Positions 16,901 through 25,900 of a stretch of DNA of 46,857 nt are shown here, piece after piece (the stretch's first letter is position 1; each line of letters opens with the position of its first letter). The notes beneath the pieces are model-generated. The model did not search any database, was not told where the DNA came from, and saw nothing but the letters and a program-made list of their open reading frames with translations. The stretch is from an uncultured bacterium. GTDB taxonomy: Bacteria; Muiribacteriota; Ozemobacteria; Ozemobacterales; Ozemobacteraceae. The translations under genes and the position numbers were made by a program. Location: contig CAZFUG010000003.1 in NCBI GenBank assembly GCA_964522035.1, positions 1 to 46,857 of the forward strand. The letters are read 5' to 3'.

Positions 16901-19900
16901 TGCCTGAAGCATATCCGGAGTTATGTTCTGACCCGTGTAGTTTTTATCGAAAAGATTGATTTTATTCTGGGCATCAGTGCTCAAAGTCATCTTGTATTCG
17001 CTGTAACCGCTCTGAATCAGACCGTTAACGTTGATATTCGTGGCGCTCAGATATACGCTGCCGCCGGCGATCCACGTTCCCTGCTGCCGGCTTTCATCGA
17101 TAGAATTGCTGACAGAGGTTTTGCTGACAGACGTGCTTTCGTTGCCGTTGATGAGCGTTTCCTGGACTGTTGCAAAATCTTTGTAGATTTCTTCGGGGGT
17201 GCCGCCGATGTTGAGGATTCCATCGCTGAATCCCTGAGAAATTGCGCCCTCGGAAGCTTTCATTTCTATTTCGCCGGCAGTGATGGTTGCGCCGGTCTCT
17301 GCAGTCGCTCCCTGCATGACGATATCGCCGCTTCGGTTATCGATAACGACCTTACCCTGAGGATTGCTGATATTACCGTTGAGCTCGATGTTGGTAATCG
17401 GAGTCAGGGTTTTGTTGACGCCGTCTTCGACAACATTCAGAGTGCCGTTCCAGTTTTCATTGATCGCAATCCTGGCAGACGAAGAATCGCTGGTCTGAAC
17501 CTTGCTCAGGGTCGTAAACACTGTTTTCGCGGTATTTCCAAGCGAAAGCGAATTGTATATCAGCTCGCCACCGTAATCGATGATGCTCAGGTCGTTCACT
17601 TTCATGTAAAGGTTTGAATCGTTGTTAATGACGATCTGAGGAGCACCCTTGGCATCAATACTACCGGTACCGGCAACCTTGTCGGCATCGATCGACACAT
17701 TGCCGCCAGAGCAGACCATATCAGGCAGAGACAGATACTGAATATACAGGCCGCCAATAACCGTTTCGGTCGCCGGGTCGTAAAGACCGTATTTTTCCAT
17801 TTCGGCAAGAAGTCTGGTTTTTTCGGCAAGATAGCCTGCTCCGGCGACCGTTCCAGCGTATTCAGCGATCAAGCCGCAGATTTCCTGATATCTTGTGAAC
17901 AGTTCGTTGCCGTAGTCCATGATACCGGTGGTTACGCCGGCGGCATACTGAGAAACCGTCGAAGTCACGGTCGGACTGGTGGTCGAGCCGGTTACCAGGC
18001 CGAGCAGATCGACCAGACCAGTGATTTTCAGTTCCACATAATTATTGATACCAGAGACAAGGCTGCCATTAACGGTAACGGTGTTGCCGGTAACAAGATT
18101 TTTGCTGCGAAGTCCTGAAGCGGTGCTGGTATAGCCACCGGTGGTCGAGCTCGAATACCAGGTATATTCGCTGGCAGTCTCGGTCATGGCCATTTTGCCG
18201 GTGCCTGAATGCAGAGCGATATGCCTGATCGTGTTGATATCTGCGCCGCTGTTGATGTTGATTTTGTTGTTCTGATTCGTGGTGCTGTCGAGGGTGGCTT
18301 TGGCGACGGCAACGGCTGAATGCTTGTTATATGCATCAGCGGTAGCGGTCAGGGTATAAACTGCAGTTTTGCCCCGGGCGTCTGCATCTGTATACAGCCT
18401 GGCATCATTGGCGCTGTAAATATCGCCGGAGATATCGACAGTATTATTTCTGGAAATATCGGCGCTGGTTTTTGCTTCTGAATAGCCGCCCAGCCCGCCC
18501 TGCATGTCTGAATCAGCGGTAAGCACCGCAGTCAGATTGTCAGAAGCGGCAAGGTTAATGTTTTTACCCGGTTTAACCGTCTTGAGAACAGAATTGGTGC
18601 CGGTTAAAAGTTTATTGTTGAAAGAAACGGTGTTGTAACTGTGGGCCAGAGGATTGGCGACCATACCAGCGCCCTCAGTGAGAACCCTGTTATGAATTTC
18701 CGCATCGGTGAGAGCTTCGCCATAAATATCGCCGTTGGTTACAAGACTGGCATTTTTGCCAATCTTTGCCTCGGTAGTAGAAGTGATGCTGCTGTCAGAA
18801 TAAGCCCCGTTAACCACAATACCGCCATATCCGCCGCCAGATGCTGAATTTGCACCATCATCATTACAGTCGATCGTGTTTTTCGCCTGGAATTCAATAT
18901 TGCCATTGGCATCGACTGCAGAATTGTCAGCAATTGCGACTTTCGTGGTCGAGTTGATGGTATTTTCGGCTTTTGTGCCGCTGTAACCAATCAACGCGGC
19001 ACGCATGGAATCGGCACTCATGTTGACGGTATCATTTTGAGCCGCAAAGAGATTCAATTTATCAGTAATTTTCCATTTACCGCTGATTACAGCCTCTGCC
19101 AGGGTCGTCATTTTGTTTATGGCATAGGCAGAAAGGCCATCGACGGAAATCAGACCACCACCGTTGCCATCAGCAGCGATATCATGAATAGAAGAACTGT
19201 CGGCCTTGATGTCGATTGAACCGACTTCGCGGGCGCTGGTAGAATTGCCGGTCAGTTCGACTTTCGTGGAGGTATTGGATTCAGCTTTGGCCTTGTTATT
19301 GCCAGACGCAACAATACCACCGATATTCAGACCTCTAGTCTCAACATTCTGGGTGACGATGTTCGTACCATTCAGAGCCAGTTTTGTAGCCTTATTGATG
19401 AAAGTGCTGTCACCGATCAGCACTTTGACAATTGAATTGTTCTGAGCATCGCTGAGGTTGTAACCAAAGCTGGTTAAAAACCCACCGCTCAGACCTTCGG
19501 CCAGCAGAGTGTTTTTACCACTGTTGGTCGAACTGAACGCCACTTCAGGTGCATTGAATGAGTTTGTTCCGGAAACACTCACTTCGGTCGTGCCCGAAAG
19601 TTCTGACTTCGCAACCGATACCCCGGCCGAGACAAGGCCGCTGATCGCGGCACTTTTAGCCTCAGAAACAGCTGTCGGTTTACTGGTGGCATCGAAGGAA
19701 ATTTTGCTTTTGCCGGTGTAAGTCCCGCCGGTAGAAGTCACAGTGGCACTGCCAGCGTCTTTTATCGTTGAGCCAATACCGGTGCCGGCTGCGAAAAGAC
19801 CTGCCGCTCCGCCAAGCGATTTTGCGGTCAGAGTGCCGGCTCTTTCGGCTTTAATGTTTACCTGGCTGGCCGACCCGCCGGAACTGATTGTGTTGCCGGT

Positions 19901-22900
19901 CAAGGTAACGGCGGCAGAGGTGTCGTTATCGATCTGGGTGATCAAGGCACCGGCAGCGATCATGCCTGCAGTCAGGCCATAGGATTCTGCAGTAGCCGAA
20001 GTTGTATCATCGGCACTTATCAGAATGTTTCCGGTCGATGTCAGACTGCTGTTTGTAAGCTCTGTAAAGACCTTGCCGCCGGTACCGATTCGCCCGTATG
20101 CGGCTGTGCCAGCACCAAGATAGCCTATGGAGCCCTGATACATGTCGAGATCGCTTGAACCGGTTATTTTAGCATTTACATCAGTAGTTTTACCGGAAAC
20201 CAGCGTTGCATTGGTCAGTTTTGCAGCGACATTCCTGTTTACATCGATAAAGCATGCCGAACCGCCTGCAGCAACCATGCCAACGGCCCCTGAGCCACCG
20301 ATTACTGAAAAGTTGGAATCCTCAACGGCTTTAACATTTATCGTTCCCTGCGAATCGAGAGTCGACCCGACAGTGGCGTCGATTTTTCCGACAGCCACAG
20401 CAGTTGCCGCTCTGCCTGCTTCTGAAGAGGTCAGTTTGCCGCCGTCGGCATTCAGCGAAAGCTTTTCGGCATCGGTCAGCGCACCATTGCTTTCGCTGAT
20501 ATTGCCAGAATTAACCTTTTCTGCAGAAGAAACAGCATCTCTGACGTTTGACGCACCATCTTCATCTGTATTGATGAGAAGATTGCCTGAGGAAATATAT
20601 ATGACATTGCCGGCAAAACCACCGATTCCGGCGGCGGCGGTGAAGGCGTTCTGAGTGACATTGCGAACTTCTCTGGCCGTGATATCGATTGAATTGACCG
20701 CTAAAAGTTTGCTGCCGTCGACAATCGCCCTGGTTTTTCCGTCAAGAACGCTTACCCCTGCAGAAACGCCGGCACCAACCGCTCCGACAGCGACAGTGCC
20801 CAGATTGGCATCGAGGGTCAGGCTGTCATCGGCTTTAACCGTCACATCTGTTGCGCGATTGGTCATATTGCTGTTCTTCACATTTGCCAGAACATCGGTT
20901 TCGATGATATTAAGCCCGACATTGCCGGCAAGACCTGCCATGCCACCCGCAACTGCGGCACCAATCGTTTTCAAAGTCATCTGATTGATTGCCTGAACTT
21001 CGAATTTTCCGGAACCGTTCGCCTTCATGGCAACGTTACTCGAAGTCACTTCGGCCTTAACTTTATCTCTGATGTCATTGATTCCGACTGCACCGCCAAC
21101 TCCGACATACCCGCCGACAGAAGCCGTTCCGTCAACGATGCTGGTTCTTGCCCAGTGGTTTGCTTTTACCAGCAGACTGTTAACAGTAAGGTTGGAGTTA
21201 TTAACAACAGCCTCGGTATTGCTCTTCAGCACATTGACCGAAACTGTGCCGGCTACCGAATTCAAGCCGCTCAGGCTGATGCCGGCGTCGATTGCAGAAA
21301 TACCGGTTTTGGCTTCGGAAGTGACAGCAACATCCTTTGCTGTCGACCCGGTGATGGTTCCATCCATTTTGGCTGAAGTCGTACGGTTAACAATACCTGA
21401 ATCCGAGGTCATGCCGACTCCAGAGCCGCCGGAAATTCCTACCGACCCGACAAAGCCGGAGAGATTGGCATAATCACCCGAATTTATGCTGACATCGCCA
21501 CCGGTTACACCATTGTTGATTCTGGTATTTGAAACTCTGGCACTGGTTTCGCCGGCAATACGGCTCACATTTACGGTGCCGGTAACTGCAATACCGCCCC
21601 CGGCGGCATTGGCAACAAAAGATTTAAGAGTGTGGGTTGCTGAACTGTCGACAACCAGGCCCTTTTTCGTCGATGCCGCTCTCTGCTTTTCGAGAGTATA
21701 TTTTACATTCAGGGTCGAATCATCGATAAACCCGCTGTTCATGCTGGTATCAGAAATACCATTATTTAGAGATACCGAGCCGGCCAGGCCCTTTGCCTGA
21801 ACCGTGGCATTTTCGACATATGCTCTGGTGTTACCCTGAATGTCGTTGACACTCAGCGCGGCACCGACGCCGGCGACGCCACCGGCAACCACTCCTGAAT
21901 AATTAAGCAGGGTTTCGTCGCTCTGCGCCACGACCCCGATATTGTCTTCGGCGACAATATTTGCATTACCATCAATAAAGGAACTGACATTATTCTTGAT
22001 GACATTGACCGCGACCGAACCGGAAACTCCGGCATAAGCGCCACCGGCTCCGGCAACACCTATGGTTCTTATGGTCTGGGTTGCCTTTGACCGTATATCA
22101 AGATCTTTTATGGCCAGAACGCCGCCAGTAAGCGAAGAAGTGACGTCATCACTCATTCTGTTAACAACGACACCGGCGCCAACACCGACGCTCTTGCCGA
22201 TCGAAACGACGGTGGCATTGCTGTTGATTTCGCCGGTGCTTTCAGCAACAACATCAATGCTCGAATCGTTTTTGGTTTCGGATACGTTGTTCATCCCTGC
22301 CGAAATGGTTCTCGAAATTTCGCTGGTTGCAGCCGCACCCTGAACGGCGACTTCGCCGGCACCACCACAGCCGGAGGCGAGAGTCCAGATGTCGGCATCG
22401 TTAGTGCTCTTGACCGTAACATTTTTGCCGCCGACAGTGACGTTGTTGACAGCGGCAGCGGTTTTGCCGTTAATTTCGTTATAAGCAACCGCGCCACCGA
22501 TAGAGGCCTCACCGCCGAAACCCAAGGTGCCGGAAATAGACTTGATATCGGAACTTTCGGCAGCAATCGTCGAGAAATTTTCAAAGTTGCTGTCAGAAAT
22601 ACCTGAAACAGTCTTTGTGACCCCGGCATCGTCAACATAGCGGTTATCTACCAGAGCCCCGGTATTGTTATCGATATCGTTTATCGCAACCGAACCGCCG
22701 ATACCGACCTGATTGCTCACGGGCACAGAAAGTGCAAGATTCATGATCTCGCCGTTGTTGATGGCGTTGACCAGGAACTGTGAGCCGACAACGCTGTAAC
22801 CCGGGCCAGTAACCTTTGTTGCCAGACAGAAAGCGTTCGAATTGTTAACGATTTTGTTGTAGGTAAAAGCGAGGCCGATTGCCGGCCCTTTGCCTGCCGA

Positions 22901-25900
22901 AACCTGACCGGCTATGCCAATAATTCTTGAATCATTGCCAGCCTTGCTCAGGTAATTGCCAGTTGTAATAACCGAATTAACGGTGCCAGAATTAACTTTA
23001 GAGCTGATATCGTTCCAGATTACAGAGCCGCCGGCAGCAGCGTTCTTTTTGCTTACGGCAACGCCACCGGCAGCACTGACCATGAACGTATCCGACTTCG
23101 CATTGGTTTCGACCGTGCCGACACCAGCATTGATCGTGCTGTTTTTAATTTCAGCAGAAAAATTGTTGTCGATATCATTGATCGAAAGACCGGCACCGAC
23201 TGCTGTATCGGCAACACTGATTGCCATTGCTCCCGAAACGATGAGAGAGCCTTTTTTAATCTGGTCTTTCAGTGACGTATCAAGTTCTCCGTCGGCTTCA
23301 TTTGAAGCATCGACATCGTAATAGTCGCCGCCATCGGTATCAACGAATGAACTGACACCAGAATCAGCGCGGTCAAGTATCTGCCCGAAACCGGTCTCAT
23401 TTTCACCGAGAAAATAATCCCTGGCGTTGACAGAAACTTTTCCTGAGGCAGTTATGTTTGCCTCATTGATTTCTGCCTTGAGATTATTGTTGGTTTCGTT
23501 ATAGATCATGGCACCCATAAGAGAGACAGTGCCGTCTGTACCCGTTACTATGCCGGCAGTGACAGCACCGTTGATCTGAGCGATTGCCTGCAATGCCGCA
23601 ACAGCAACGTCGTTGACCATATTGAAAGTGCCGCCGGTAATTTTTGCCGACACATTGTTGTCAATTTTTGAAACGTTCACAGCGGCGCCAAACGCGCCCT
23701 TCTGCTGCCCCACCGTAACCTGGACTCCGCCGGTAATCTGCAGATCGCTTTCGTATGCTGCGACTTTGACGTCTGTTTTCAGGCTGCTTTTTCCGGTGAC
23801 ATTGGTGTTATTGAGTTCGGCATTCACGGTATTATCAATGTTGTTGAGAGAAACCGAACCGCCCATGGTAAAAGCACCGGCGGCGTTGCCCGAGTTTTTA
23901 GAAACCTGAAGACCAAGGGCTGCAGCGACATCGGTGCCGCCATTGACTGCAAAAACATTGAGGTCGTCGGCGTTGTTAACGGTGCTGTTCTTGATAACAG
24001 CTTCGGTTTTATTCTTGAGCATATTCAAACCAACCGCACCAGCGATGCCAACGCTTTTGCCTGAAGTATCCTTCGTAGCGGTCTGATACATTATGCCTGC
24101 AGTACCTGCAAAGGCCATTACATCGGTGTTGTTGACGGCAATGGCATTCAGATTCGAACCGGCAACACCACCGAGATCGAGGGTCATACCGCTTATATCG
24201 ACCACGGTGTTTGTGTCGATAAAATTCAGACCGCCGCTGCCGGCAACCGAAAGGCTGACACTCGGGTTTGTATGTGTTCCAGTGCTGCTGGTTTTGGTTT
24301 TATTAGAAAGCTCAGAGGTTATATTCGAGAACTTGCCCGAAATTGAATTGATGGTGCCGACCACCTTGCTTTCGGCATCGTTGGCTTTTCCAGATATTTT
24401 GTCGGTAATACCGGGCGCGCCGCTGTCGTCATTTTTGGTAATGCCACCGGCAACGCCGGCGGCAATGAAACCGCCTTTACTTTTGGCCTGGGCATCGATC
24501 TGGCCGGTCACAGCAATTTTGGCATCGGTTCTGCTTCTGGCACTGTCGGCCGTGGTGGCTTTATCGATTCCGGCCTTTTCATCGAGATAGTCCTGGTATT
24601 TTTTATCGATGTCGCCAATCAGCACGATGCTGTCTTTGACGAAGTCATTGATGGCAAAACCGGCAGCAACACCGACTGAACTCGAAATCATCACCGATCC
24701 GGCAAAATTGATGATTCTGGTATTGTTCAGAGCATTAAGTTTGAGGTTTTTTGTCGATGCGACGCTGGCCTCGTTGTCAAAGTTAACAGAGGCATCACTG
24801 ACACCGGTCAGATGAGTAAACATGCCCTGTATGCCGGCTCCGGCCATGGCGGCTGCAAAACCGCCAACGACAGCTTTTGCATCGCTGGTGGCAGAAATCG
24901 AAATGTCTTTGCTGCCGCCGATCAGGTTTACTCCCTCCGGCACCATGACTTTTGCAGAAGAATTGAAATCCTGAGAGAAGTAGGTTCCGCCCATGGCTTT
25001 TGAACCAGAACTCGGGATCAGATAACCGGCGGCACTGATCATGTCTATATCAGTATTAGCAGCGACTTTTATTGAATCAGAGACTGAGGTCGCGGGATTT
25101 ACAGACTGAATGGTGACATTGCGGCCAATCAGAACATTGCTGTTGGCCTTGAAATCTGTGAGACCGACAGCCCCGGCAAAACCGATATCCGTTGTATTTT
25201 CTTCATTTGCACCTTTAACGGCACTCGAAACCGCAGTGTTGAGGAAATTATTGTAGAAAGCAAAGTCGGCGGCAGAAGTGACGATTTTTGCCGCCTCGGC
25301 CACGATGCGATTTTCCCCGGTAATAAGGTTATTGAGGGCTGTGGTCATGGTGCTCAGCGAAGTAAGAGCGTCAATGAAACCGGTGATGTTTTCTGCTTTG
25401 CTCAAGCCTTCGGAACCAACAGCCGAAAATTTATTTTTGATGGTCTGGTAGGCAGTTTCGACCGAGTTGATCATGGACAGCTGAGTTGAGTCGGAAACCG
25501 AGATTTTGAGCGTGGCGATCGCATCTTCGATCGCGGCGATCATGCGCTTAACCCGGTTATATTCTACTTTAACTTCGCTGCTGATATCGACAGTCTTACC
25601 GGTAAGAACGGTGCCATTGCCGGTTGTTGCATTGTAAGAGGCATCGGCAACCTTTACAGTTGAGTCCTGAGAAATGTCTGAATAAATAATACCGGCACTG
25701 ACAGAGGCCTTTGCGCCGTCGGCGGTATTCATTTTCGATCTGGCAACGCTGTCGGCCTGAATAAACAGATCCTGGACCACGGAAGAAGACTTGAGTATCA
25801 GATCGTTGCCTGAAGTCAGCTTGACGTCGCTGCCAATTGTCAGACCGGCATCATGACTGCCCCGGTTTACTACAATCGCGCCGGCAGCCCTGAATTTGGT